Below the pieces are notes generated by a model. That model ran no database searches. It was not told the origin of the DNA and saw nothing but the letters and a program-made list of their open reading frames with translations. Of a stretch of DNA of 64,000 nt, positions 43,501 through 55,000 are shown in pieces (within the stretch, counting starts at the first letter, position 1; every line of letters begins with the position of its first letter). A program made the position numbers and the translations under genes. The stretch is taken from IMG/VR virus record IMGVR_UViG_3300022666_000353, positions 29,840 to 93,839 of that record; one strand, written 5' to 3'. The stretch comes from a virus.

Positions 43501-46383
43501 CGTTACATCACACAGGCTATCAATTTTATCGCTAACCTGATTTCAAGTTTCTTTGAGAGCCACTCCCCTCCTGACGCTGGTCCTCTTAAGACTATTGACA
43601 TGTGGGGTATCGGCTTAATGAAAACCTTCCTCAAAGGTTTCAAGAATGCCGACTTCTCAATTCTGAGCGACATCAGTTCTATTGTCGAGCGTGAGCTTAC
43701 TCGCGGTGTGACTGACGAAGGAATGCCCGGGGCTCTAAAAGCCCTTGCGAACGCACGGTTGAGTATTACTGAACTTGTTAGTAAGTTCAACGCCACCGGA
43801 GTAATTGATGAGGGCATACTAGACAACATTACCCGGGGTCTAGGAGAAGTGTCGGACGAGACAAAGGAAATCATCCGACTATCCATTAAGTATAACGGCC
43901 TTCAAGAACGTCTGGCGGAAATCGAGGCGCGACGTAAGGGTGTTGTTAAGTCGTACAACGACGAAGTCTCAGCGATTGCTCGGTCTAACCGCTCACTTAC
44001 GGATAAGATTGCGGCAATTCGTGCGCTGCAACGCAACCGTGATGACGGACTGCGGGGGCTTGATAAAGAGGAAGAGGCTCTGAAAGAACAGTCCGACCAG
44101 GTGAAAGAGCAGCTCGACTACCAGAAAAACCTGGTGGGGGCTATTCAGGACCAGGAGGATTTGTTCGCACGAATTGCTGACGCAATTGAAAACCTGGCGA
44201 ATAAATTAAAGAACGCGGGCGGCGGCGGTGCCGACACCAACCTCGGCGGTCTTGGCGGCGGCGGGTTACCAGAAGACCCGGGTAAGGGTTTGCAGGACCT
44301 GGCTGACCAGGCCATTGAAATAAAGGACCGTTTTGAAAACGGCAAGTTGATGTTGCAGGGACTCTTTGACGCGTGGAACGGCGTTAAGGCTCCTGACGAT
44401 ATATTCCCAGACGACGCCACCAAGTCCGGGTATGACACCATGTACAAGATTGGTGAACTAGCTGGGAACGTTAGAGATAAGTTCTTCGAATTACGCGACG
44501 GCGCAGTTTCCACGTGGGAAACCATTACCGGTAAGGTATCGGAGTTCAGAAAAAACTTCGAAAGTATGAAGGGCGGTCTAAGTATAGACTGGAAAGAAGT
44601 GCCGGTTATCGGTGAGTTCATAAAGGGCTTTGAAACCGGTTTTGACCCTACTGCCATAGAGATGGTAAAGAAGGCGCTCGATGAAGTAAAAAAAGCGTGG
44701 GACGAGCTGATGGTTGTCGTAGGACGCCCTGAGTTTAAAGAGGCGTCGTTAACGCTGCTCGGTGTAATTGGTGCGATTGCTGGCGGATTGGCCTGGGTTA
44801 TCGGGTTTGTGGTCGGGCGGGTTGCCGCTGTGCTTACTTTTGTTGTTGGGTTCATCACATGGTACAAGGCAAGGATTGCTCAAAACTACATCTTCTTATT
44901 GAACATTGTTCTGAGTATTATCGAATGGTTCAATGGTATGAAGGACGCTGTTGGGCGTGTGTGGGAAGATGTAAAAACAGCGGCTGCCGGCGTGTGGGAA
45001 AACATAAAAACAACGGTCACCACCAAAATCAACGAGTTGTTGGCAGCCTTCGGAATTACGGAAGAAATAAAGACGAAGTGGCAGAAGATTTGGGATGACG
45101 TCGTTCTTATAGCCTCAGCCGTCTGGGAGAACATTAAGACTTCGGTGTCCAACGGGCTGTCCGTTGCGGAAGGTGCCGTGTCTGATGGTCTAGCCAACGT
45201 GAGAGGCGTGGTTGAAGCGGGTAACACCTTGATGAAGACCGCTGCTGACAAGGTATGGCAAGCAGTTATAGACGCTGCTGTGGCGGTACTTGCCGGACCT
45301 GAAACCTGGTTTGGTGGCGCGTTAAAACCCACGTGGGACTGGCTGGAAAAACAGCGCGACACTGCGTACGCTATCGCCGGTAATATAATCCAGGGGCTCA
45401 TTGATGGGTGGGTTAAACGCAATCAAGAGTTTGTTGATATAGTGACGGGCGGTGTTCAAAATGCTCTGGACGCGGTCAAGAAACTGCTCGGCATTAACTC
45501 ACCCTCCACTGTGTTTTCAGACATCGGCGTCAACATTATCCAGGGCCTAATCGACGGGTTGAACAGCTTGCTGAAGACGTTGCTGTCCACCGTGGGGGAT
45601 ATTGCGGGCAGTGTACTGGAAGGGTTCACCAGTATATTTAGCGGCAAGGACAGTGAAGACAACACAGCGGATATGGCGTTCATCACCAACTTCTCCACTG
45701 TGACGGTCCCTTCAATGAAAACGACGTGGGCGGAGTTCACAAACTTCTTGTTGGAGTCTTGGGCGACAATGTGGGTGTCGGCTAAGGTTACATTGGACAC
45801 GTACGTGCCGATGTTTACAGGAATGATAAACGGTTTGTTTTCTCTACTTACCGTAGCAATGACGTCTGCCAAAACCAGTATTGACCAGGCTAAGACATCT
45901 ATTGACACACTGATTGCAACAATTGGGACAATTGTTACAGACCCGATAACCGCGATAGGTACCGCGTTTGGTGAAGTAGAGTCAGCCGTTTTGGGCGCAC
46001 AGGGTGCTATTGATGGCTTTGTCGCCGGCCTCGACAAGTTGGATGGCAAGGTGATTACCATTACCCTGCAAGCCGTCGAGGCTGGTCAAAAAGAAGTAGC
46101 CCACGCCAGTGGTGGTCTCGTTGTTGCTGGCAACCCGTACCATATTAACGAAATCGGCGGTGAGGGATTCATTCCTAACACGAACGGACGCATCGTACCC
46201 GCACACGTTATGCGCGGTATAGAAACAGTGGCAAGTGCCGGTGGCGGAAACGTGAGTGTAGAGGTAAACATTCATAATCCGCAAGTACGGGACGACCGCG
46301 ACATCGACAAGATTATTAAACAAACCAAGGACGAGATTGTAAAGGCCATTTCGCAGAGGAACCGGCTAGGAGGGACTATTTAA
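40582..46383 (+). CDS. tape measure protein
   Basis: 1933 aa, helical; TP901-type core (FEDAM..V.K, AGTSLKN); TM region; HASGG..EIGGE C-terminus. Confidence 0.93.
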   Translation: MAGYKILLSFLGNSSSLVGATSKAGAAISSLSSNFKNASNMANNLSARINSAGGSISQAATKAASFGSRLQGAFKSVNVSASSKQLDILKQKLSLADRTVAQFQKKMQDVNSPNVDTARVDVLKKKLTEATTRVTLLSQKLQEVQQPPVDTRRVSALTGALQQTEKSIDLIRTKLSAALSPAPDTRRVSELKGQLKLVENQATSLKQKLIQLNTPATANPQDVKLLEDRLAVLQKQKAAVQAAQKQAGAGATDAQKLGFEKALSTVDIQIDRTVKQLSKLKFPPLNTSAIKQVEDELARVTQRAKDLKARLKDAQNPQANPVVVTELQNRLDAAIGKSRRLQAELSRAMRPSANPEKVAELQQRLDKARGNAESLQKQLDAALNPSADPNEILKVEKQLLAATEQADKLRAAVAAAGDAGKGSGSKGPGVFSGLISGYKSFYNSLSSMDVRKRFQGIFQGASKAIDTFRAQVINLTDSIRLSAQGLTNFGRSMMFFISIPLAGAMGMAANQAISFEDAMIRVGKTSNMDGASLTKLSGNISKLANNTATSTVELAQLAEVLGQQGMGRVFDKATQQWVDLPNTMFSMIRTVDMFAVATAQSGEEAGLALGKIAAAFGKNLNTAGDDVYRLANVINYLENTTAASAQDIQNALLEFASFSATIGIRMQDAAGFAATLVSLGLSAQEAGTSLKNMTVNVPRHAQELADAMQGVNDKYTSADAVIKAMNEDAVGFFKDLITAAAGGNDKVSTLLTLMEVADIRGGRGIAAMANNLTVFNDNMDAANREWVEALSLAAEYEKAMSSTKSQLAMLKNNLTDAANTAGAAFLPAINQLIQIAVPAIRMLSDAFKSLSKNQQLMVIGGVLVIAVLGPMLMFFGQLVHSVSLLVMGFGQAVRVVAFFIGSLSNLVPAILSIGRFLLGWPGMVLLAGAGILKVLQALGVDIAGFFSGIAKKALDWGQNLAANLADGLLGGAVRYITQAINFIANLISSFFESHSPPDAGPLKTIDMWGIGLMKTFLKGFKNADFSILSDISSIVERELTRGVTDEGMPGALKALANARLSITELVSKFNATGVIDEGILDNITRGLGEVSDETKEIIRLSIKYNGLQERLAEIEARRKGVVKSYNDEVSAIARSNRSLTDKIAAIRALQRNRDDGLRGLDKEEEALKEQSDQVKEQLDYQKNLVGAIQDQEDLFARIADAIENLANKLKNAGGGGADTNLGGLGGGGLPEDPGKGLQDLADQAIEIKDRFENGKLMLQGLFDAWNGVKAPDDIFPDDATKSGYDTMYKIGELAGNVRDKFFELRDGAVSTWETITGKVSEFRKNFESMKGGLSIDWKEVPVIGEFIKGFETGFDPTAIEMVKKALDEVKKAWDELMVVVGRPEFKEASLTLLGVIGAIAGGLAWVIGFVVGRVAAVLTFVVGFITWYKARIAQNYIFLLNIVLSIIEWFNGMKDAVGRVWEDVKTAAAGVWENIKTTVTTKINELLAAFGITEEIKTKWQKIWDDVVLIASAVWENIKTSVSNGLSVAEGAVSDGLANVRGVVEAGNTLMKTAADKVWQAVIDAAVAVLAGPETWFGGALKPTWDWLEKQRDTAYAIAGNIIQGLIDGWVKRNQEFVDIVTGGVQNALDAVKKLLGINSPSTVFSDIGVNIIQGLIDGLNSLLKTLLSTVGDIAGSVLEGFTSIFSGKDSEDNTADMAFITNFSTVTVPSMKTTWAEFTNFLLESWATMWVSAKVTLDTYVPMFTGMINGLFSLLTVAMTSAKTSIDQAKTSIDTLIATIGTIVTDPITAIGTAFGEVESAVLGAQGAIDGFVAGLDKLDGKVITITLQAVEAGQKEVAHASGGLVVAGNPYHINEIGGEGFIPNTNGRIVPAHVMRGIETVASAGGGNVSVEVNIHNPQVRDDRDIDKIIKQTKDEIVKAISQRNRLGGTI

Positions 46384-47843
46384 TGGCGCAGTTGTGGAAA
46401 CTTACGCTGACCGACAACGTAGAGACGGTTAATTTTATTTCCGACCCTGTCTACTTTGTCGAGGACGGAGAATTTAACATTGGTATGCCGTCAGTACGCA
46501 GGGAGCTTGCACCGATTCGTTCGGGATTTTATATTCCGGTGTTGCACGAAATCGAGTATCGAGAAGCGTCAATTAAGTTCCAGGTCCGTGGGGCTACTCG
46601 CACCGCTGTGTTGTCTTCCATACAGAAAATTGAGCGTATTCTACGGAACATCGCCGCCCAGGTTCGTCTATCAGCCGGTCGCCGCGGCGAACTCTCCTAT
46701 TCCTGGGAAGGGTCTATCAACGTCACATATTTTGAGGTGTACGGAGGAACCGTAAAACTCCCTGACGACGCACTGTCGGTGGAAAAGATGTACGCCACCG
46801 AAAATGGTTCGATAGTTTTACCAGAGGTAGAACTCACTTTGTACATGAGCGGTATGGGCTACGGCCTGTCGTTATTCTCTGAGCCCACCCTGGAAATCCC
46901 CCTGTTAAACCCGTCCGTGGGAGCCAAGCAGACAGGGGGTGTGCGGGTACAGAATGCGTGGACTTCTGGGCAGAATAACTATGTTGAATTAAACGCCGTT
47001 GACCTGCCTGGCAGCCTGCCGTTAATTACCAAAATCCAACTGGCGTCCGATACCCCGTATTCAGCCTGGCGCAGCCTGTTCATGGGGTTACAGCAGTCAC
47101 CTTACCCAACGGGGTTGTTTTTTGACAGCGCCAATACCGCCCAAAACCTATTGAGTGGCACAGAACCAGCAAACGCCAATGCCAGCGGCGGCAGTTACAA
47201 GAGTTTCAGTTGGGGGTCTCCGTTATCAAGCTCGGCACTCTCTAAGTTTGGCTGGTCTTTGGGTAACAGTTCAGTCGGAACTTTCTTTGCCTTCTACAAT
47301 GCGTTCAACGCAATACCCCAGGATGTGCAATTGGCGGTGGGTATTGAAGACTACAGCTACTACGGCATTCGCCAACTCGATGAGTTCACGGGTCCCGTTA
47401 CCACGGGAATTTACAGCCTGCCCCTGGGTGTTGTTAATTTCCCGCCTGGTGGAGCCGCTGTGTCCAATGCTGGTACGCTGATGAGTAACATCCTGCTGAG
47501 TATATGGGTAACCTCTGGGCAAGCCAGCAGCCTGACCTTAGACCACGTTACCCTGCTGCCCATGGCAAATGGCCTACGGGTGTGGAACTCTCGTTCGCCC
47601 ATCAATGCTTCCACTGGTTCGTTTATTGACGACGGGTGGCGCGGGATTGAATACGTGAAGAACGTGTCTAACCAAATCCTGACCCCGTTCTACGGTCTGA
47701 TGGAGCCATTAAAACTGGAGCCCAACGTTACGCAGCGTATTTACTTTAATTCGGTTGGGTTGTCCTATGGAACTACGGAGGCCAGCCGCGCATTTGTTGT
47801 AAGGGTGTACGCAGTACCAACTTATTCCACCCTGGCACTGTAG
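46383..47843 (+). CDS. distal tail protein (Dit-like)
   Basis: Directly follows the TMP; beta-rich. Confidence 0.6.
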   Translation: MAQLWKLTLTDNVETVNFISDPVYFVEDGEFNIGMPSVRRELAPIRSGFYIPVLHEIEYREASIKFQVRGATRTAVLSSIQKIERILRNIAAQVRLSAGRRGELSYSWEGSINVTYFEVYGGTVKLPDDALSVEKMYATENGSIVLPEVELTLYMSGMGYGLSLFSEPTLEIPLLNPSVGAKQTGGVRVQNAWTSGQNNYVELNAVDLPGSLPLITKIQLASDTPYSAWRSLFMGLQQSPYPTGLFFDSANTAQNLLSGTEPANANASGGSYKSFSWGSPLSSSALSKFGWSLGNSSVGTFFAFYNAFNAIPQDVQLAVGIEDYSYYGIRQLDEFTGPVTTGIYSLPLGVVNFPPGGAAVSNAGTLMSNILLSIWVTSGQASSLTLDHVTLLPMANGLRVWNSRSPINASTGSFIDDGWRGIEYVKNVSNQILTPFYGLMEPLKLEPNVTQRIYFNSVGLSYGTTEASRAFVVRVYAVPTYSTLAL

Positions 47844-47851
47844 GAGACGCC

Positions 47852-49018
47852 ATGAAATTTTATGCAGGTGTGTGGAGCTTCTTTAACGGACAATTAGAAA
47901 ACAGCAACCAGTTTATTACCACACTGGATGTGAGTAGCAGTCTTAAGTTTGGTACTCAGTTTCATGGTGGGTACGGCACGGCCAGTTTTACCGTGTACGC
48001 AGCAGAAGACCGCCTCATGTCTTGGGCCCGCCTGTTCCTGAATGCGCATGTCGTGGTGTTTGATGGATTAGGCCGGCGTACGTATGAGGGATTTATTAAT
48101 AACGCCGTGTTACAGGACACAGGGCTCTCCGTGTCGTGTGTCGGGTACTACGCGAAAGCGACAGACGTCACGTTTGAAAGCCTGTATGCGCCGGGTGCAA
48201 GCCTGACTGTCTCCCAGGTTATTCAGGACTGCGTTGCTTTAATACCAGAGTGGCGGCAAGTCACAGCGTTTTTACGAGACGCGACTACGGTGATTACAAC
48301 AGAAGAACTTGGCGACCTGTCCCGTCGTAAGGTGAAGGATGTGATTGAGACCGTCACCAAGTTTGGTTATTCGGATGCTGACGCCAGGCCCGTGTATTTT
48401 GGTATATGGAATAACCAGGTGCCTAAACTAATGACGGAACTTGCGACAAACAACGTGGCCTATGTAGATTGGTTTATTCGGGCCAGGTTAGGGTCAAACC
48501 AGGGCCGGTTAGATGGGTACGGGTACAGCACAGACGGAGTGTACAACAAAATTTACGCCACGTATGATGACCAGGGTCAAGGACCGTCTGCTACATTACC
48601 CGCAGAGGATGCTGTGTCCCAATTACGCTTTGGTGTGCGCGAAGGATTTGTAGAGAACGGCAGTACACCAGAAGGATTGACCCTGGCAAACAGTTTAAGA
48701 GATGCGGCGTTAGCTGCCTATAAATACCCAAGGCAGACACTACCCTTAGAGGTGTTCGGCGTAGCCCAAAATGGGGCAGGACAATTGGATTACCCACACA
48801 GAATACGTGCCGGGCATACCATTCGGGTGCTAGATGTTGACCCGATGATTGGCGTGAACGGCGTATCCGGTGGTTTGAGGGCCCACGGGTTTACTGGTCT
48901 GGTTTTGGGAACCGAGTTCGACGCCAGCACCATGACCTGTCGTGTAGACGTGGGAACGACTGACACTAAATTAGAGGTGTTGTTAGGACGAGCAGGCTTG
49001 AGTGGAGGACTTTCTTAA
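47852..49018 (+). CDS. baseplate hub/Tal-like tail protein
   Basis: GGYG.ASF, D..SQ.RFG.RE, IRAG..I motifs. Confidence 0.65.
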   Translation: MKFYAGVWSFFNGQLENSNQFITTLDVSSSLKFGTQFHGGYGTASFTVYAAEDRLMSWARLFLNAHVVVFDGLGRRTYEGFINNAVLQDTGLSVSCVGYYAKATDVTFESLYAPGASLTVSQVIQDCVALIPEWRQVTAFLRDATTVITTEELGDLSRRKVKDVIETVTKFGYSDADARPVYFGIWNNQVPKLMTELATNNVAYVDWFIRARLGSNQGRLDGYGYSTDGVYNKIYATYDDQGQGPSATLPAEDAVSQLRFGVREGFVENGSTPEGLTLANSLRDAALAAYKYPRQTLPLEVFGVAQNGAGQLDYPHRIRAGHTIRVLDVDPMIGVNGVSGGLRAHGFTGLVLGTEFDASTMTCRVDVGTTDTKLEVLLGRAGLSGGLS

Positions 49019-52000
49019 TGGGACTGACTGCTTCAGATATTAATCAAATGGTACTGCGGTTTCTTCCGCGTGTTGGCGACAGCACGGTAGGCGGAACCAT
49101 CATACCTAACGCAACCAACACGCATAACCTGGGGTCAGCCGCGAACCGGTTTGACACCATCTACGCACGCCAGATTGTAGCGGATTCATTGTCGGGTACG
49201 GGTGGCAGCGCGGACACAGTTGACGGCTTTCACGCGTATTCCACCCCCAATGCTTCGGCGCTGCTGGCCCTGGATGCCTCCAGTGTCTTTCCAACATCGG
49301 TATACCCGAACGCATTATTGCGTGATGGCTCCCGGTCTCTGACCGGCAATCTCGCTGTGTCCGCTGGCGTTACCATCGACGGCGTAGACATCAGTGCCCA
49401 CGCAGTAGACGGCACAATCCACCATACCGGTGGAATGAGCGCAGACGACCACAGCCAGTACGTACACACGTCTTTGTCCCGCACCATCACGGCATCACAC
49501 CAGTTTGCACCTGGTTCGGCGGCGGCTCCATTTACCCTGGGGGTAAACGCGCAAGGTCAAACGGTTACTGGTTTTAAGGCTGACCAACTAAATAAGTCGG
49601 TTATTGCGGGAAGCGGTCTAACAGGCGGCGGAGCTTTGACTGCCAGTGTTACGCTTAACGTTGGAGCAGGAAACGGTATTACGGTTAACGCCGATGATGT
49701 GGCTGTTAATTTGAAGTCCACATCTGGACTCGAAGTAGACGGGACCGGCCTGGCTCTGGCCGATACGGTGGCTGGTTCAGGTCTTACGGTTGCCAGCAAG
49801 GTGCTGTCGGTTGGCGCGGGTACGTTAATTTCTGTTGCTGCTGACACGGTTAGTTTATCCAACGGCAGCGCACAGTATCAGGTCCCCATGACAGGGGCTA
49901 CTCCGTTTACTCCGGCGTGGACCAACCTGTCTACGCTGGCGGGTAACGGCCTGGTGTTCTCCAGCGGAACATTCGCAGTCGGAGCAGGCACGGGTATTAC
50001 GGTCAATGCTGACGACATCCAGGTAAAATTAAAAACACTGTCTGGTTTAGAGGCAGACAGCGCGGGCCTGGCCGTGCAAGACGCAATTGCTGGTAATGGT
50101 TTGTCAATTACCAATAAGGTCCTGGCAGTTAACGTGGCGTCCCCTCTTGCCATCGTGAGTGATACCGTTACTCTGTCTGGTGGTACGGCTCAGTACCAAA
50201 CCCTGGTGACTGGCGCAGGCCCTAACTATACTGGGACCTGGACGGATTTAAACACCATGGCTGGTGCGGGTATTGCGTTCAATACTGGCGTGTTTGACAT
50301 CGGAGCAGGCAATGGTATTCAGGTCAATGCTGACAGTATCCAGGTAAAACTTCAGTCACCGTCTGGGCTAACTGCGGACAGTTCTGGCCTGGCGATTGCG
50401 GACACAGTGGCGGGTGCCGGGTTAACTATTGCCAGCAAGGTGTTGGCTGTTGGGGCCGGTGCGCTTATCACTGTAGCCGCTGACACGGTGGGTGTTGCGA
50501 ACGGCTCCGCGCAGTGGCAGGTTCCGGTCACCGGGGCCTCCCCGTTTACGCCTGCGTACACTTCATTATCCAGTTTGGCTGGAGACGGCCTGACCTTCTC
50601 GACCAATTTCACAGTAGCACTTTCGGCCACGTCGGGGCTCCAGTTGGTGGGTACGTCCCCCAACAAGACCCTGGAAATTAATGACACCGTCGCAGGGAAC
50701 GGCCTGACAATCTCAAGCAAAGTTCTGGCGGTCGGAGCGGGCACATTGATTACAGTCGGCTCAACCGCTGTGTCCCTCTCGAACGGCACCGCACAATACC
50801 AGGTCCCTGTTACCGGAGCCAACCCGTATACACCTGCTTATACAGCATTAAGCACATTTGCCGGAGTCGGTTTAAATTTCACGGGCGGCCAGTTTGTTCT
50901 TGGCACCCCTTCTACCCTGACTGCTGGAACCACCAACAGTTCGTCAGGTACGACGCACAGTCACGCAATTACCGCCAGTGCAAACCCAGGGGCGGCAGAG
51001 TTCATCCTCAAGACTACTCCTGCGGGCGGATTAACCCTGGCAAGTGCGGCCATTACTGGCGCACTAACAGTAGGACAAGACCTCACGGTTGGGACAAACG
51101 TTTTGTTTGTTGACCAGAGTGAGGGGTTGGTGGGTATCAACTGTGTTCCTGACCCGCAGTTCCAATTGGATGTGAACTCGAACATCCGCGCTCGTGGTTA
51201 CATTGTGGGTAAGCACGCCATCCAGCTTAAAGACGCCAAACTGATTGCTCACTTCGATGGTCCTGAACCCTTTGAAACGAACTTTACTGGTGAGGCTACT
51301 GGACACATGGGCCAGGTGGCTACTCTGTCTGGTGGGTATGCCTTCCGGCCTGGTAAATTCCAGAAGGGCCTACAGGTGGCAGAGGCTACCACCAACGAAA
51401 TCACCAACCCGTCGTTTGAGTACGGAGCAAACGGAGCCAGTGTTACGTCGGATGGTTGGACGCTGTCGCAAAGTGGAACCGGGGCAACGGCCACGTATGA
51501 TACCTCTCGTGCGTACATTGGTAGCCAGTCCTGTAAATTGGTTGCGTCTACCGTAAGTAATTCAAACGTTTACCGGGCTGTTTCGGTAGCAGACGGTGAG
51601 ACCATTACTGTACAGGCGCGAGTATATCGCACCGGTGCGGTTAGTTCAAAGCTCCGCATTTTTGACGCCACAAACTCTGTGGAACGGGCTACGGCTTCCA
51701 CAACGGCTACCGACACCTGGGAATACTTGACCTGCACTTGGACGAATAACCTGGGCTCAACCGTTAATGCTGCTCTCATGGTTACCAACTCAGCAGCGGA
51801 CGGTACATCGGCTATCTGGGTGGACGCCTGCCAGTTAGAGCGCAAGGCATATTCCACGCCATACTGCGATGGCTCTATGGGCAGCGGGCATACCTGGGCG
51901 GGCACGGCGCACCTGTCTGCCTCCAGCCGCACTAACGCCGTTGTGTCCTACTCCGGTGTAAACAACATCAACCTTAACGCGGGTACGGTGTCCCTGTGGT

Positions 52001-55000
52001 ACTACAATGACGGAACACACAAACGGGGCTACGCCCGTGCTTTCCAGTATCGCATTGACGCCAACAACTACATTGGTATTAATGTAAGCTCTACAACCAA
52101 TAATCCGTATGCTATTGATATGTCAGGTGGAGTATCCGTTCAGACTTCTTCGGGTGCGACGGCTGCTGTAGTTGGATGGAACTACCTGGTTGCCACGTGG
52201 AAAACAGGTGGACAGTTTAAGTTGTATTTGAACGGTCAGCTAACTGGTACTACGCCTTCCTACACGGCTCCTGTGGGTTCAGGGGGTACGATTGCCATCG
52301 GTCGTGACGTGACCGGTGTGTCGCAGCACCTCAATGATGTCATAGACGACGTGGTTATTGTGGGTCGAGAACTAACCGTAGATGAAATTCGGGCCATTTA
52401 CGAAAGTGATGCCCCTGTTTTTGCGGAGAGTTCAACCTGGGCCTTTAAATCTGCTTCTCAAATTGTATGGGCGGATGAAGAAGGTTTGTGGGCCATTGAT
52501 ACAAGCGGGAATCCAGCCTTCGGCGTCTCTGGCGTAGACGGCAAGAGTTGGGGTGGGAACACCCTGGACAAGGGCGACATTCTCATGGGGCGCTCGTCAA
52601 ACTATTTGAAGTGGGACGCTTCCGCTGGGCTTATCAGCCTGTATTCTCCGGGGTCGTCACTGACGAAAGAGGAATATTTCGACGGCACCACGGAAGAAGT
52701 CAATAACCGCTGGACTCCCTACCTGGGCAGCACGTCACTTCTCTCGGTCACTTCTGGCGGTTATGCTGGCGGCAACGTTTTACGCATCGGTGACAACTCC
52801 GGCAATGATGAGTGTCGGATAATCAGCAACCAATCTATCCCGTTTGACCCGAACAAGCTATATCGGGTATTCTTCCGCGTTCGCCTGGTGGCGTCTAGCA
52901 GTCCGGGCACCGTTTATCTTGGGGTAGCGGGGCGCAATGCCACAGATACAGCCTGGGTAAACGTGACGGGAAGCGATGTCAATACATCACAGCACTATTT
53001 TGCAGCCAGCAATCAGGTACTAACCGCGGTGGGCGAGGGTGGCGCATGGTCTGAATTTACTGGTTATTTCCGAGGGGTAAACACGACAGGTAATGGCGGC
53101 GTTCATGCTCTGGCCTCTGCCCCTGGCACGCTGCACGAAAGCAGCAGGTATTTCAGGCTATTCTTGTGGGTAAACTGGTTGGCTAAACCGGGCATCGTTG
53201 AGGTTGACGAAATCCGTGTAGACATCATGCCCAATTATTCGGACAGTCCGTTCGCGCACTCGTCTGACACCACGACCATTGATGGTGGAAAGATTTTTAC
53301 CGGGTCTATCACGGCTGATAAAATCACCACCGCCACCCTGAGTGCAATTGTGGCTGACCTGGGTACGGTTACAGCCGGGTCAATTGTGGTAGGGACCACC
53401 AATAAACTCTGGCTCAATGACGCCGCGGACGGTGCACTAGCCATCGGTGGTACAGTAAAGGGAAGTGCGCCGTTTCGGGTTACTGCGGCAGGGGTGTTGA
53501 CTGCTACTTCGGGAACGATTGGTGGCTGGTCCATTACTTCCACGCAAATCAATAGCTCTGGCATCACAATGATTGCCGATGCTACCGCAGCCAGTAATAA
53601 AATCTACGTGGGAACCGGGACGTACAACAGTTCGGACACAGCGTTCTACGTGGATGGGTCGGGCAGGTTCTCTCTGAAGAACAAACTGGTGTGGGACGGG
53701 TCCTCCCTGACCATTGATGGCGGGGTTACTGCGACCACGGGTTCAATTGGTGGTTGGACGATTGCTACCAACACCCTGTCCGCTACCAACATCCTTCTTG
53801 ACTCGAACAGCAAATACTTCCGTATCGGGGCTACACCTGCCTCCATGACCTTCGGGTCTACAGACGGGGTGCAGATTGAGTACAACGGTGGGGACCCCAG
53901 GGTCTACTTCGGTAATGGAACAAACCGGTACTTTAGTTTTGACGGAACCAACATTTCCTGGCAGGGAGCCAGCACCAGCTTAACCACGGGTGGTTTGTTC
54001 ACGGCCAACAACGCCAGCATCACCGGCGCAATCACCGCCAACTCTGGTTCAATCGCGGGCAGTTTCACAGTGGGCGCGAACCTGTCTGTGTCTACGTCGG
54101 GCAGTTTCTCCTCTGGTGCGACGGCGTACAACACAGGAACAGGCTGGTGGATGGAGTACAACGCGGGAACACCCCGGTTTTTCTTAGGTAACGCAGCCGG
54201 CAACAAACTTACCTGGAATGGTAGCAGCCTGGACATCACAGGCAATATTACAGCTAACGGAACCGGTCAGATTGGTGGCTGGACCATTGCTTCGACGGGT
54301 CTGTCAAGTGGTGGTATCAACCTGGTGTCTAGTGGCACTGCCGTCAACAATAAAATTTATGTGGGTACCGGCAACTACGCCAACGGGGACACAGCGTTCC
54401 TGGTGGATGGTTCGGGACGTATGTCCCTCAAGGATAAGCTGGTGTGGGACGGCACAAAGCTCAGTGTGAGCGGAGCCGTGGTTTTGGGTGCTGGTGTTGG
54501 GTTCACAGTTTCTAATCCTAACCTGCATCTGCCGTTTGATGGCCCCGCACCGTATGAAACTGACTACCAGGTAACGCTCACTGGTCACCTGGGGCAGCGC
54601 CCTGTGTCCACTTCGGGGGGTCTGATTGGTCGCCCAGGTAAATACGGCAAAGGCTTACAGGTGGCAGAAGCCACAACCAACGAATTGACGAACCCCTCAT
54701 TCGAGGCTGGAAACGTGGGAGACGCTGTTACATCCTACGGGTGGTCTTATTCACAAACGGGTACGGGTGGGACAGCCACAAATGACAACTTACGGGCATA
54801 CGTGGGGGTGCGTTCGTGCAAAATTCTGGCATCCAGCACTGGAGTCAGCAGTATCTACAAGACCGTGTCTGTAACAAACGGCGACACCATCACGGTACAA
54901 GCGCGGGTATGGAGAGGCAGTGCAATTGCCACACGTTTGCGCGTCTACGACCATACGAACAACACCACCAGGGTCACAACAAACGCTGCGGAAACAAATA